From NCBI GenBank assembly GCA_964459465.1, contig CAYWLR010000001.1:35866-99865 (forward strand): DNA of 64,000 nt. The letters are read 5' to 3'. A model generated the notes under the pieces. The model did not search any database and had not been told where the DNA came from. It saw only the letters and a program-made list of their open reading frames with translations. This document shows positions 34,801 to 43,899 of this stretch, one piece after another. Position numbers and translations under genes: made by a program. This stretch comes from an uncultured Ignavibacteriaceae bacterium. GTDB lineage: Bacteria > Zixibacteria > MSB-5A5 > GN15 > PGXB01. Within the stretch, counting starts at the first letter, position 1, and the number at the start of each line of letters is the position of its first letter.

Positions 34801-35083
34801 TTTTAGACCCGTCCGGTGAGAAATGCGGCATGATGTCTTCGGCCGGGTGAACCGTCAGGCGAACCGCCGTTCCGCCGCTTGACGGCACCGTCCAGATGTC
34901 GCCCATATAAGTGAAGGCGAGGGTTAGTCCGTCGGGTGACAGAGCCGGATACCGAGCGTAACTCACTGTGAAGGCCGGAGATGATTCAATCGTCCCGAGG
35001 GATACGATAATTACCAATGCGATGCAAATAACTTTCAAGGGACTCTCCTGGGATATATGATACATTGTTTTTTTCAAAAGCAT
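31880..35083 (-). CDS. Tricorn-type protease homologue (beta-propellers + PDZ + S41 peptidase domain), exported
   Basis: About 1070 aa. N-terminal signal anchor, PALSPDG..AF...GDIW and repeated SPDG/TolB-like propeller motifs, a PDZ-like segment (GIKPGQYLRTINGT) and an S41 core (IIDVRDNGGG, NEYSGSNSEIFA). Confidence 0.85.
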   Translation of the reverse strand: MLLKKTMYHISQESPLKVICIALVIIVSLGTIESSPAFTVSYARYPALSPDGLTLAFTYMGDIWTVPSSGGTAVRLTVHPAEDIMPHFSPDGSKIMFSSDRFDNYDVFVIPTDGGQPEQLTFTSATELGSSWFAGGDSVLFTSRLEGWADIYKMSADGGTPIKLTGYMNEKEHFGRISSDGRYLVYCTGSGDSNWWRRDLRGSRNSDIFILDRNSAAFTSQRITDFAGHDLWPVLNEAKNEIYFVSNRDGNFAQVWKIPRDGSEAVALTSFDNDGAQWLNSNPAGDMLVFEQNFKIWLLNPGSGSLREIPIDIKSDDIKNVIEKKIFKDNVEYFALSPDGKKIAAVIHGELYVIPSEEPKEGRALTLTSARESYPAWGQDSRTIYYASDVNGNHDIFSVNAVTGEQRQITRSPENDLKPIVSPDGKYLAFYRGLNDIIRYDLEKNTETAWVKGNFGDFGIENSVDYGWSPDSRWLAYAVFGPTLESDIYAVNLDGQTYNLSLFCNWNSNPRFSSDGKILYFTSASRYDSHTYKIDLQHKPMEFFEAALDSLFKSDEKGKDKGKKVDEKKDGDSTKIEPVKIDFGRITDRRARAFQLSASDNHPVLSPDGKKFYFVSSLLGKADIWSVNVKDDPDLKQLTKTDAAESNLTISSDGKKLYYLEGGVIKSCVIDGGKTTALTFKAPLEIDLMANNRQKFLESWQMLNEYFYDASFHGADWKAAREKYRPLLDHVRTDTEFENIMFELFGELRASHLWIYGKSATPSELIQTGATGIWIDYRTLDREGHFAIDRVFSGSPANRAGIKPGQYLRTINGTALSKQISMHRLTAGTVGRRVVLGISDTPHGKILEVPVKPITIMAERELWYKDWVAERRAMVDEFSGGRLAYIHIPEMSEGSLEDFTVELVSIAEAKEGLIIDVRDNGGGHIAVHLLGMLIKSPYIMRSFRNTPATSENKMRSKAVEKPMVLLINEYSGSNSEIFAEGFRKLGLGKIIGTATSGGVIGTSSYALIDGTRIRRPSTGSYTTDMEDTDLYPRQPDIYVENLPDDFINGRDPQLVRAVEELLKELVQ

Positions 35084-35979
35084 CAGGTCAGGACTATAAT
35101 CAGGGCGCCGCTGACGCCGAGGATTATGCCTATTGTTTTACGGTAATTTATGGCCTCTTTGAGAATCAATGCCGCGAAAATGAATAAAAATATGTTACTG
35201 GTCTGATTGAGTGCCGCGGCGACCGAAACCGTTGTGTATTTCATCCCGGCCAGCCAGAGGGTATAGGCGACATAAGTCCCGAAAAACGAACCGGCCAGAC
35301 TATAGAGCCAGCCGTTGCCGGTCAACAGAGTTTTCATGACTCGGATGCGCCCCGGAATTACCGCCAAAACGACGGCCAGAACCATCATCCCGCCGACCAG
35401 ACGCATTTCGGTCACCCACAGTAGCGGTGAGCTGTCCAAAATGGGCTTGATGATAATAATACCATAGGCCATAACCATATTGGCCAGGGCCGCCAGCAAA
35501 ACCCCCTGCAATAAAACTCCGCGCGGGATGTCACCGGAGCCCTTGCGGGAGGCGGCCGTGAGAATGGCCGAAATGATCAAAAGGACTCCGAATATTTGAA
35601 GAAAAGTCATTTTTTCATGAAGGAAAATCATCGACATACCAATCATAAACGGGCTGTAAAGGCAGGATAAAATAGCCGACAGCCCGGCCCCGACCCGGTT
35701 TAAACTCATGAAGAAAAGGGTGTCGGCGATGCCTATTCCCAGCGCGCCGGAAATGAAGATGAGAATATAATTGCGGGCAGAGTTGTCACGAAAAACCTCA
35801 CCGCCGGAAATCCAGATGGTCGGAGCGATGAGAATAAACGCCAGAAGGTTTTTAAAGACGTTAAGCGCCACAGGGTGGACGGTTTCGCCGCTTTTTTTGA
35901 ACAGAACCACCGCAAAGGCCCAGATGACAGCCGTAGCCAGAGCAAATAAACGGCCCAGATGATCCATCGATAGTTCCAT
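35083..35979 (-). CDS. DMT superfamily (EamA-like) permease
   Basis: Ten predicted TM helices in two EamA-like halves. Start uncertain (MELSMDH at 35979 or MDH at 35967 preferred over 36078). The stop overlaps the tricorn ATG (TGATG). Confidence 0.8.
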   Translation of the reverse strand: MELSMDHLGRLFALATAVIWAFAVVLFKKSGETVHPVALNVFKNLLAFILIAPTIWISGGEVFRDNSARNYILIFISGALGIGIADTLFFMSLNRVGAGLSAILSCLYSPFMIGMSMIFLHEKMTFLQIFGVLLIISAILTAASRKGSGDIPRGVLLQGVLLAALANMVMAYGIIIIKPILDSSPLLWVTEMRLVGGMMVLAVVLAVIPGRIRVMKTLLTGNGWLYSLAGSFFGTYVAYTLWLAGMKYTTVSVAAALNQTSNIFLFIFAALILKEAINYRKTIGIILGVSGALIIVLT

Positions 35980-36104
35980 TGTTGCCCAAGATACTCCCAA
36001 AACGGCCATACGGCAAGTGCCCTTTGAATTAACGACGGCAATCAGATAAAATAGTTTTTGTTGAATCCAACCGCTCAAAATGGATTTATTGACGCAGAAT
36101 CGTT

Positions 36105-36857
36105 ATGAAAAAAGTATGGAAAATAGTACTGGTGATTTCCCTGCTGTGTAATCTGGGGATTATCTATGTGGCTCAAAAGGCGCTGGAATACCGCGGCCAC
36201 ATAAACGAATGGCTGGATAAGTATGTCAACGTGGTCGAGGAATTTTCCGGACGGCAATACTATCGAATTGACAATGAACGCCTTAAAAGCGATACCACCG
36301 TGCCGAACCGGGTAGTATTGTTCGGGACTCAATTGATTAGAAACTATGATTTTCAATCGTCTTTTCCTGAATATGAAGTCGTTAACCGGGGCATTCCGGG
36401 ACAGCGCGCGGCCGGCATGCTTTTGCGGTTTCGCCCGGACGTCATAGACTTAGGCCCGTCGGCCGTAGTTCTGGAAATCAGCTCCTATAATTTACGCGTT
36501 CCCCAGTCGCTTGAAGAAATACAGGATTATTTTGTCAGCATGGTTGATCTGGCACGGGAAAATAATATAACCCCGATAGCTTTAACCATGATGCCGATTA
36601 TGGCCGACAGCGCCTTCGTTTTCGAAAATGATGCTTATAAAATCGCCGACAGCATCGGAGCTTATAATGCCTGGCTGACCGATTATTGCACCCGAAACAA
36701 AGTACTTCTGGTCGATGTATATACACCCTTGGTCGATTCCCGGAGTTTTTTCGATTTGCGTTATGCTCGCGACGCCATAAACCCCAACCAGGTGGGTTAT
36801 GATATTATTGCCAACCAGCTTCGATCAAATCTTGAACAGATATATAGGGCCCGCTGA
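36105..36857 (+). CDS. SGNH/GDSL-fold protein with non-canonical catalytic positions
   Basis: N-terminal TM/signal. Block I reads VVLFGTQLI instead of GDS. Block II is VVNRGIPGQ, block III is VVLEISSYNL, and block V reads DAINPNQVGY instead of DxxH. Confidence 0.65.
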   Translation: MKKVWKIVLVISLLCNLGIIYVAQKALEYRGHINEWLDKYVNVVEEFSGRQYYRIDNERLKSDTTVPNRVVLFGTQLIRNYDFQSSFPEYEVVNRGIPGQRAAGMLLRFRPDVIDLGPSAVVLEISSYNLRVPQSLEEIQDYFVSMVDLARENNITPIALTMMPIMADSAFVFENDAYKIADSIGAYNAWLTDYCTRNKVLLVDVYTPLVDSRSFFDLRYARDAINPNQVGYDIIANQLRSNLEQIYRAR

Positions 36858-36970
36858 AATCGAATAATTTTATTCTTGATTCAAGCGCGTACGAAACGTA
36901 TTTTTTTAAAAATTCATAACAGTCGGACTTATATTTTTTGCATTGCTTGTGAATCCGGGGAGGTCCTTGA

Positions 36971-39900
36971 ATGAAAACAGAGCGCTTTATTATTTTAATA
37001 ACCGTATTGCTGGTTGTATTTGCCTGGTTAATCGATAGCCTTCTGGATTTTAAGTTCTATAATGACTGCAGTTTCGTGGCCATTGCCTTTACCGATATTC
37101 CCGGTCATGAAATTGTCGAGCGGGTTGCGGTAATTTTGGTTATCATCATATTGGGTCTGATAATATCCCGGCAGGTCTATCTTAAAAATAAGGCGCTGGC
37201 TCGTCTTGCCCATGTCAATAACGTTTTGGCATCCATCAGGAATATTAATCAGCTAATAACAAGAATAACCGACGATGAAGATGAATTAATCCGTCAGGCC
37301 TGTGCCGAATTGACCAGAACCAGGGGTTTTTACACCAGTCTTATATGTCTGACATACGAAGACGGCGCTCTTCTCGATTTCGCCGAATCCGGTTATGGCG
37401 ATGGGTTTAACGAAGTCAAGAGTTCTCTGGAACAGAATCAACTGCCCGGTTGTATTCAAACGGCCCTGAGAAATGACGGCGTGAATATCATTATGCCCGG
37501 TGAAAAGTCGTGCCGGGAATGTCTCGGTCCCGGTCGGTTTGGCGACCGCGCGGCCCTTGCGGTCAGACTGAAACATGGGGACAGGATTTTTGGGGCATTG
37601 GTCGTGTCCGGTCCGCCTGAATACATTATGGACCAGAAAGAACGTGGTTTACTATCCGAAATTGCTGCCGATATTTCGCTGGCCTTGAACAGTATCGAGC
37701 AACAAAAAGAACATCAACGATACGTCAGGAATCTTGACGTCAGCCGGCAATGGCTTTCAACGACTCTTAAAAGCATCGGTGATGCTGTAATCTGCACCGA
37801 TGAAAACAGCCTCGTGACCTTTATCAATGCGGTCGCCGAAAAGCTGACCGGTTGGACGGCCGACGAAGCAATGGGGCGACGGCTGCCGGAAGTATTCAAA
37901 ATTGTCAATCAATTTTCTCGTCAACCGGCCGAAAACCCAGTTGACCGGGTTTTCCGCGAGGGAACTATTGTCGGGTTGGCCAACCATACGGTGTTGATTG
38001 CTAAAGACGGCGCCGAGTACCCTATCGAAGACAGTGGTGCCCCGATAAAGAGTGATGAAGGCAAAATTGCGGGAGCGGTGCTGGTTTTCCACGACGTTAC
38101 CGAACGCCGCAACGCGGAGCTGGAAATACGCCGCCAGCGGGATCTCGCCCGCCAGTATCTCGATCTGGCCGGGACGATTTTTGTAGCGATAGACCGGAAT
38201 ATGCTGGTGACTCTCATAAACAGGAAAGGATGTGAGATTCTTGGCTATAGGGAGGACGAAGTCATCGGTCGCAACTGGTTTGATTTGACCATTCCCTTGG
38301 AAATAAGGGAAACCGTTAAAGACGTTTTTAGGCAATTGGTTCGTGGCGAGATAGAACCGGCCGAATATTTTGAAAATGTTGTATTGAGAAAAGATGGCCA
38401 GAAAAGAATTATCGCCTGGCATAATTCCGTCATAAGAGATAACGATGGCAATATAACTCATTCTTTGAGTTCCGGCGAAGATATAACCGAGCGCAAGGTG
38501 GCTCTGGAAGCCCTGAAAAAATCAGAGAATCAATTCCGGACATTGGTGGAAATAATCCCTCACGGCATAAAAACCGTCGATTTGGATGGCAAAATCACGT
38601 TTGCCAACGAGTCTTATCATCGCATTTTCGGATATGAAAACGGCGAACTTCTGGGAACCTCTTTTCTTGAAGTTTCATCCGACCCGAAACAACTGGAGAA
38701 AGATAAGGAGTACTTCCGAACCATTCTGCGCACGCAACCGCGGCCGCAATCGATGGTCCGTACCTGCAAAACCAAAAATGGCGACGAAATAACCATTCAG
38801 CTTGATTGGACATATCTGTATGACGGAGAGCAGCGGCTTTTGGGATTCGTGGATGTCGTAACCGATATTACCGAACGCATGCGTGCCCGTAATGCTCTTG
38901 AGGAGGAAAAGGAAAGACTGGCCGTGACTTTGAGCTCCATCGGCGACGGTGTGATTGCGACGGATATTACCGGCCGAATCGTATTGTGTAACCATGTCGC
39001 CGAGGACTTGACCGGATGGAAGTCCGAGGAGGCTGTCGGGCATAAACTCAATGAAGTATTTCATATCATCAATGAGAAAACCCGCGAACGTTGTGAAAAT
39101 CCGGTCGATAAAGTAATTAAGTACAATACCGCCATTGGACTGGCCAATCATACGGTGCTGATAGCCCGTGATGGAACACAACGGGCCATCGCCGACAGTG
39201 GCGCCCCCATTCGCACCAAAACCGGGGCCATTCTGGGAGTCGTGCTGGTTTTCCGCGACGTCACCGAGACCAACCGCCTGCGCGATCTGGCCGAACGGGC
39301 CCAGCGTCTGGAAACGGCCGGGAGAATCGCCGGCCAGGTGGCGCATGACTTCAACAACCTGCTGGCCCCGTTAATGGCATATCCTGAATTGATCCGCGAT
39401 GCCGTTCCGCCGGACAGCCATATTATCGGTTACCTCAACAGCATGGAACGGGCGGCAACCCAGATCGCCGAGATCAACCAGCAACTGCTGACGTTGGGCC
39501 GCCGTGGCCATTATAATCAGGAACCTCTCAATATGAACACTATTGTGAGGGATGTGATCAAACAGCACGTGTCCTCGCATGTGGGGATCAAGGTTAGTAC
39601 TAATCTTGAAGAGGATTTGTTTTTATTTAAAGGCGGGGCGTCTCAGATTTTCCGGGTTGTCTCCAACCTGGTCATAAATGCTCTTGATGCCATGAAAGAT
39701 ACGGGGGGGCTGTTTTTCAGGACAGAAAACTTCTATGTCGATCGTCCCCTGGGCAAAAACAACAATATTCCGACCGGGGAATATGTTAAAATGACGATTG
39801 CCGATACCGGGTGCGGCATCCCTCCGGAAGCAGTCCCCAGAATTTTCGACCCATTTTTTACTACCAAATCCAGCGACCGCCGCCGCGGTTCGGGATTGGG

Positions 39901-40453
39901 TTTGAGCGTGGTGCATGCCGTGGTCGAAGATCATAACGGATATATAGATTTCGAAAGCGAGCCGGGCCAGGGAACGGCTTTTTACCTGTATTTTCCGGTG
40001 ACCCGCGAAACGATTGAAGAGCCGGAGAAGGAAACCGTCGTCGGCGGGCAGGAGCGGATACTGGTCGTCGATGACGATGAACTTCAGCGCACGGTTTGTC
40101 TGACGCTTTTGCGTAATCTCGGTTATGATGCGCAGGCCGTTAAGAGCGGGGAAGCCGCAGTGGAATTTTTCCGGGAAGAACGAGCCGACTTGGTGATTCT
40201 CGATATGATAATGACGCCGGGCATCGACGGGACCGAAACCCTGAATCGTATTTTAAAACTGGTCCCGGATCAAAAGGCACTCATAGTTTCCGGTTTTGCC
40301 CACAGTGAAAGGATTGAAGAGGCCTTACAGATGGGGGCCGGGGCGTTTGTTCGCAAACCTTTGACCCTGAAATCACTGGCCCATGCGGTTAGGAAGGAAC
40401 TGGACCGCAAGCAGGAAGTCCGCGTGCAGGTGAAGGATGAGGACTTCGAATAA
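36971..40453 (+). CDS. Multi-sensor hybrid histidine kinase (TM, GAF-like, about 4 PAS, HisKA, HATPase, receiver)
   Basis: Repeated PAS cores (..GLANHTVLIAKDG..IEDSGAPI..VLVFHDVTE..), H-box GQVAHDFNNLLAP, DTGCGIPPE, GSGLGLSVV and C-terminal receiver ILVVDDDE..LVILDMIMTPGIDG. Confidence 0.9.
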   Translation: MKTERFIILITVLLVVFAWLIDSLLDFKFYNDCSFVAIAFTDIPGHEIVERVAVILVIIILGLIISRQVYLKNKALARLAHVNNVLASIRNINQLITRITDDEDELIRQACAELTRTRGFYTSLICLTYEDGALLDFAESGYGDGFNEVKSSLEQNQLPGCIQTALRNDGVNIIMPGEKSCRECLGPGRFGDRAALAVRLKHGDRIFGALVVSGPPEYIMDQKERGLLSEIAADISLALNSIEQQKEHQRYVRNLDVSRQWLSTTLKSIGDAVICTDENSLVTFINAVAEKLTGWTADEAMGRRLPEVFKIVNQFSRQPAENPVDRVFREGTIVGLANHTVLIAKDGAEYPIEDSGAPIKSDEGKIAGAVLVFHDVTERRNAELEIRRQRDLARQYLDLAGTIFVAIDRNMLVTLINRKGCEILGYREDEVIGRNWFDLTIPLEIRETVKDVFRQLVRGEIEPAEYFENVVLRKDGQKRIIAWHNSVIRDNDGNITHSLSSGEDITERKVALEALKKSENQFRTLVEIIPHGIKTVDLDGKITFANESYHRIFGYENGELLGTSFLEVSSDPKQLEKDKEYFRTILRTQPRPQSMVRTCKTKNGDEITIQLDWTYLYDGEQRLLGFVDVVTDITERMRARNALEEEKERLAVTLSSIGDGVIATDITGRIVLCNHVAEDLTGWKSEEAVGHKLNEVFHIINEKTRERCENPVDKVIKYNTAIGLANHTVLIARDGTQRAIADSGAPIRTKTGAILGVVLVFRDVTETNRLRDLAERAQRLETAGRIAGQVAHDFNNLLAPLMAYPELIRDAVPPDSHIIGYLNSMERAATQIAEINQQLLTLGRRGHYNQEPLNMNTIVRDVIKQHVSSHVGIKVSTNLEEDLFLFKGGASQIFRVVSNLVINALDAMKDTGGLFFRTENFYVDRPLGKNNNIPTGEYVKMTIADTGCGIPPEAVPRIFDPFFTTKSSDRRRGSGLGLSVVHAVVEDHNGYIDFESEPGQGTAFYLYFPVTRETIEEPEKETVVGGQERILVVDDDELQRTVCLTLLRNLGYDAQAVKSGEAAVEFFREERADLVILDMIMTPGIDGTETLNRILKLVPDQKALIVSGFAHSERIEEALQMGAGAFVRKPLTLKSLAHAVRKELDRKQEVRVQVKDEDFE

Positions 40454-40644
40454 TTGCCTGCCATGATAAGCTCATGAGTAATATAGGCATTGCATAAAAC
40501 CATTTTCCCCGAAACCTATCTCTTGAGTTTATGTTACAGTTTGTTGAAGCTCGGGTTTCGGGCAGTGATGATTGTTTATATTGCCGTTGACCAGTTATCG
40601 ATATTGACGTCGGGAATAAACCGACCCTGCCGGGAGAATAAGGC

Positions 40645-43323
40645 ATGACCGATGAAAACAAATCACATATGAACAATAGTGAGACCGAAGAGGATCGCGA
40701 ATGGTTTGAATCCCTGGATGAACTTTATAGATCCGGAGGTCCACAGCGGGTGCGTGATATTCTGGCCAAGCTCGAAAACCGGGCCGGAAATTATGGAATT
40801 TACCCGGTATGCTCCGATACCACTCCCTATATAAATTCCATTCCCGCCGACAAACAGCCGGCCTACCCGGGCAATCGTGAAATCGAGCGGCGGATAAAAA
40901 GCATAATACGCTGGAATGCCATGGCCATGGTGGTCAGGGCCAATCGGGCCGACAGCTCCATCGGCGGGCACATTTCAACCTATGCCTCCAGCGCCACATT
41001 GTATGAAGTTGCTTTTAATCATTTCTTTCGTGGAAGAACCGATAAACATGACGGCGATATCGTCTATTTTCAGGGTCACGCCGCACCCGGTATCTATGCC
41101 CGGGCCTTTGTCGAGGGACGACTGGATGAAGAAAACTTGAAAAATTTCCGACGCGAGATTGTTTCGCAGCACGGCCTGTCGTCTTATCCACATCCCTGGC
41201 TGATGCCGGAATTCTGGCAGTTTCCGACCGTGTCGATGGGACTGGGCCCGATCATGTCGATTTACCAGGCCCGCTTCAATAAGTACTTGGTTGATCGCGG
41301 CCTGAAATTGCCGTCGGATTCGAAAGTCTGGGCTTTTCTGGGCGACGGTGAACTCGATGAACCCGAATCACTGGGCGCGATCACTCTGGCCTCCCGTGAA
41401 AAACTTGACAATCTTATCTTCGTCGTCAACTGCAACCTGCAGAGACTCGACGGCCCGGTCCGCGGCAACGGAAAAATAATTCAGGAACTGGAATCGATTT
41501 TCCGGGGCGCCGGGTGGAATGTCATCAAAGTTATCTGGGGTTCGGATTGGGATACCCTTCTGGCCAAAGATACTGACGGCCTTCTGGTGAAGCGCATGGG
41601 TGACTGCGTTGACGGGCAGTATCAAAAGTACACGGTCACCGGCGGCGATTATATCCGCAAAAACTTCTTCGGGACCGATCCACGCCTTCTGGATATGGTG
41701 AAAAATTATTCTGACGAAAAACTTCAGAAACTCCGTCGCGGCGGTCACGACCCCGAAAAAGTCTATGCGGCATACAAGGCCGCGGTCGAACATAAAGGTG
41801 CACCAACCGTTATTCTGGCCAAAACTATCAAAGGCTACGGTCTGGGCGAAGCCGGCGAGGGCAAGAATATTACCCATCAGCAGAAAAAACTCAACGAACA
41901 GGAAATGCGCGAATTTCGCAGTCGCTTTGGCATTCCCATTTCTGACAAAGACGTCGCCGACACCCCGTTTTACCGTCCGCCGGAAGACAGTTCCGAACAT
42001 AAATATATCCGCGAGCGGCGTAACGCCCTGGGCGGGTTTGTCCCGGAGCGCAAAGTCACGGTCGGACCGCTGAAAGTAAAAGCGGGGGATCTTTTTGATG
42101 AATACTATGAAGGCACCGGGGAACGTGAGGTTACCACGACTATGGTTCTCGTGCATATCATGTCAAAATTGCTCGATGATGAAAACGTGGGGAAATTTAT
42201 CGTCCCCATTGTCCCCGATGAAGCGCGCACCTTCGGAATGGAATCGCTTTTCCGCAAGATCGGCATTTATGCCAGTCAGGGACAGAAATACGAACCGGTG
42301 GACCGGGAAAGCCTTCTTTATTACAGGGAAGCCAGAGACGGCGTCATACTTGAAGAAGGTATTACCGAGGCCGGGTCGATGTCATCGTTTATAGCCGCTG
42401 GAACGGCTTACGCCACGCACGGCATTAACATTATCCCCTTTTTCATTTATTATTCCATGTTCGGGTTTCAGCGCATTGGCGATCTGATCTGGGCGGCGGG
42501 GGATATGCAGGCCAAAGGCTTTCTTGTCGGCGGCACCAGTGGACGAACCACTTTGGCCGGAGAAGGTTTGCAGCATCAGGATGGGCAAAGTCACCTGTTT
42601 ACTCTGGCATTGCCAAATCTCAAGGCCTATGACCCGGCATTCGCTTACGAACTGGCCGTGATTGTGAAAAACGGCCTGCACCGGATGTATGAAAATCAGG
42701 AAAACCTGTTTTATTATATCACCGTCATGAATGAATTTTATCGTATGCCGGTTATGCCAGAGGGAGTCGAAAACGGTATTTTGCGGGGGATGTATCGTTA
42801 TCGGACAACAAACGGTGATTCAAAAGGCTTTATGGCCCACCTGATGGGTAGCGGCGCCATTATGAACGAGGTTATCAAAGCCGCCGATATCCTTGAAAAA
42901 GACTACCATATCCCCGCCGAAATCTATTCGGTTACCAGTTATAAAGAACTTTACAGCGATGCTATCGACGCCGAGCGCTGGAATATGCGCCATCCCGGGG
43001 AAACGCCCCGGTCGGCATATGTCAGCGAATGCTTGAAAAACGCCAAAGGGGTCTGCGTGGCCGCGACCGATTATGTTAAAGCAATTCCCAATTCTGTCGG
43101 CAAGTGGATCCCCGGCCGATTCATCGCTCTGGGCACGGATGGTTATGGACGTTCCGATGGGCGGGCGGCACTTCGGAGTCATTTTGAAGTCGATGCCGCT
43201 CATATCGTCATGGCCGCGCTGTATGGTTTGGCTCTTGACGGATTCATCGATAAAGATGTTGCGGGTAAGGCCGCGATCGATTTGAAAATGGACCCGGATA
43301 AAATCAACCCTCTTTTTGCATAG
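40645..43323 (+). CDS. aceE: Pyruvate dehydrogenase E1 component, homodimeric type
   Basis: About 890 aa with the AceE-type pattern (GGHISTYASSATLYEV, GDGELDEPES ThDP motif region, NCNLQRLDGPVRGNGKIIQELE, DGQSHL). Confidence 0.9.
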   Translation: MTDENKSHMNNSETEEDREWFESLDELYRSGGPQRVRDILAKLENRAGNYGIYPVCSDTTPYINSIPADKQPAYPGNREIERRIKSIIRWNAMAMVVRANRADSSIGGHISTYASSATLYEVAFNHFFRGRTDKHDGDIVYFQGHAAPGIYARAFVEGRLDEENLKNFRREIVSQHGLSSYPHPWLMPEFWQFPTVSMGLGPIMSIYQARFNKYLVDRGLKLPSDSKVWAFLGDGELDEPESLGAITLASREKLDNLIFVVNCNLQRLDGPVRGNGKIIQELESIFRGAGWNVIKVIWGSDWDTLLAKDTDGLLVKRMGDCVDGQYQKYTVTGGDYIRKNFFGTDPRLLDMVKNYSDEKLQKLRRGGHDPEKVYAAYKAAVEHKGAPTVILAKTIKGYGLGEAGEGKNITHQQKKLNEQEMREFRSRFGIPISDKDVADTPFYRPPEDSSEHKYIRERRNALGGFVPERKVTVGPLKVKAGDLFDEYYEGTGEREVTTTMVLVHIMSKLLDDENVGKFIVPIVPDEARTFGMESLFRKIGIYASQGQKYEPVDRESLLYYREARDGVILEEGITEAGSMSSFIAAGTAYATHGINIIPFFIYYSMFGFQRIGDLIWAAGDMQAKGFLVGGTSGRTTLAGEGLQHQDGQSHLFTLALPNLKAYDPAFAYELAVIVKNGLHRMYENQENLFYYITVMNEFYRMPVMPEGVENGILRGMYRYRTTNGDSKGFMAHLMGSGAIMNEVIKAADILEKDYHIPAEIYSVTSYKELYSDAIDAERWNMRHPGETPRSAYVSECLKNAKGVCVAATDYVKAIPNSVGKWIPGRFIALGTDGYGRSDGRAALRSHFEVDAAHIVMAALYGLALDGFIDKDVAGKAAIDLKMDPDKINPLFA

Positions 43324-43338
43324 GTATATACGTTAATT

Positions 43339-43797
43339 ATGAAACCATACCATATGCACCGCGAACAATTCGTGGAACGCCCGCTTGAAGAAGTCTTTGC
43401 CTTTTTTGAAAATCCTCAAAATCTGGCCCGGATAACGCCCGATTCGGTCGGCTTCGAAATCCTGACACCACCACCGATTATCATGAAAGCGGGATTGATT
43501 CTCGATTATACCATCAAGGTTTTCGGGATGAGGGTGCACTGGACGACTATGATCACCGATTATGAACCGCCGCACCGCTTCGCCGATGTTCAGCTCAAAG
43601 GGCCGTACGAATTCTGGCACCATACGCATTCGTTTGAATCTGCTCCCGGGGGGACACTCATGACCGATGATATTCTTTATTTGATTCCCTACGGACCGCT
43701 GGGCAAATTCGCTAACCTCCTGAAAGTGAATCGGCAACTTAAAAATATTTTCGATTACAGGGCCGCCGTGATTAAAGGCATCTTCGATCCCGCCTGA
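43339..43797 (+). CDS. SRPBCC-fold (START/Bet v1-like) protein
   Basis: About 150 aa. The pattern F.FF.NP.NL..ITP....F.I......M..G..I.Y.I...G....W...I....PP..F.D.Q..GPY..W.H.H.F is typical of an uncharacterised SRPBCC subfamily. Confidence 0.65.
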   Translation: MKPYHMHREQFVERPLEEVFAFFENPQNLARITPDSVGFEILTPPPIIMKAGLILDYTIKVFGMRVHWTTMITDYEPPHRFADVQLKGPYEFWHHTHSFESAPGGTLMTDDILYLIPYGPLGKFANLLKVNRQLKNIFDYRAAVIKGIFDPA

Positions 43798-43899
43798 AGT
43801 CATTAATTCGTCCGCACCGTTATTAATTCTTTATTTTTGGTCTTATTTTTATTTTCTTGATTAGTAAATGTATGATTGATAAAGACCGGGGAGAATAAT

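Noticed and set aside
40508-40562. Long-range pairing CCCGAAAC...GTTTCGGG upstream of aceE, considered as a ThDP (TPP) riboswitch or terminator.
   Set aside because: No TPP-riboswitch core motifs (CUGAGA, ACCUGAUCUGGAUAAUGCCAGCG-like) are present and no U-run follows. An 8-bp stem with a ~40-nt loop is weak evidence.
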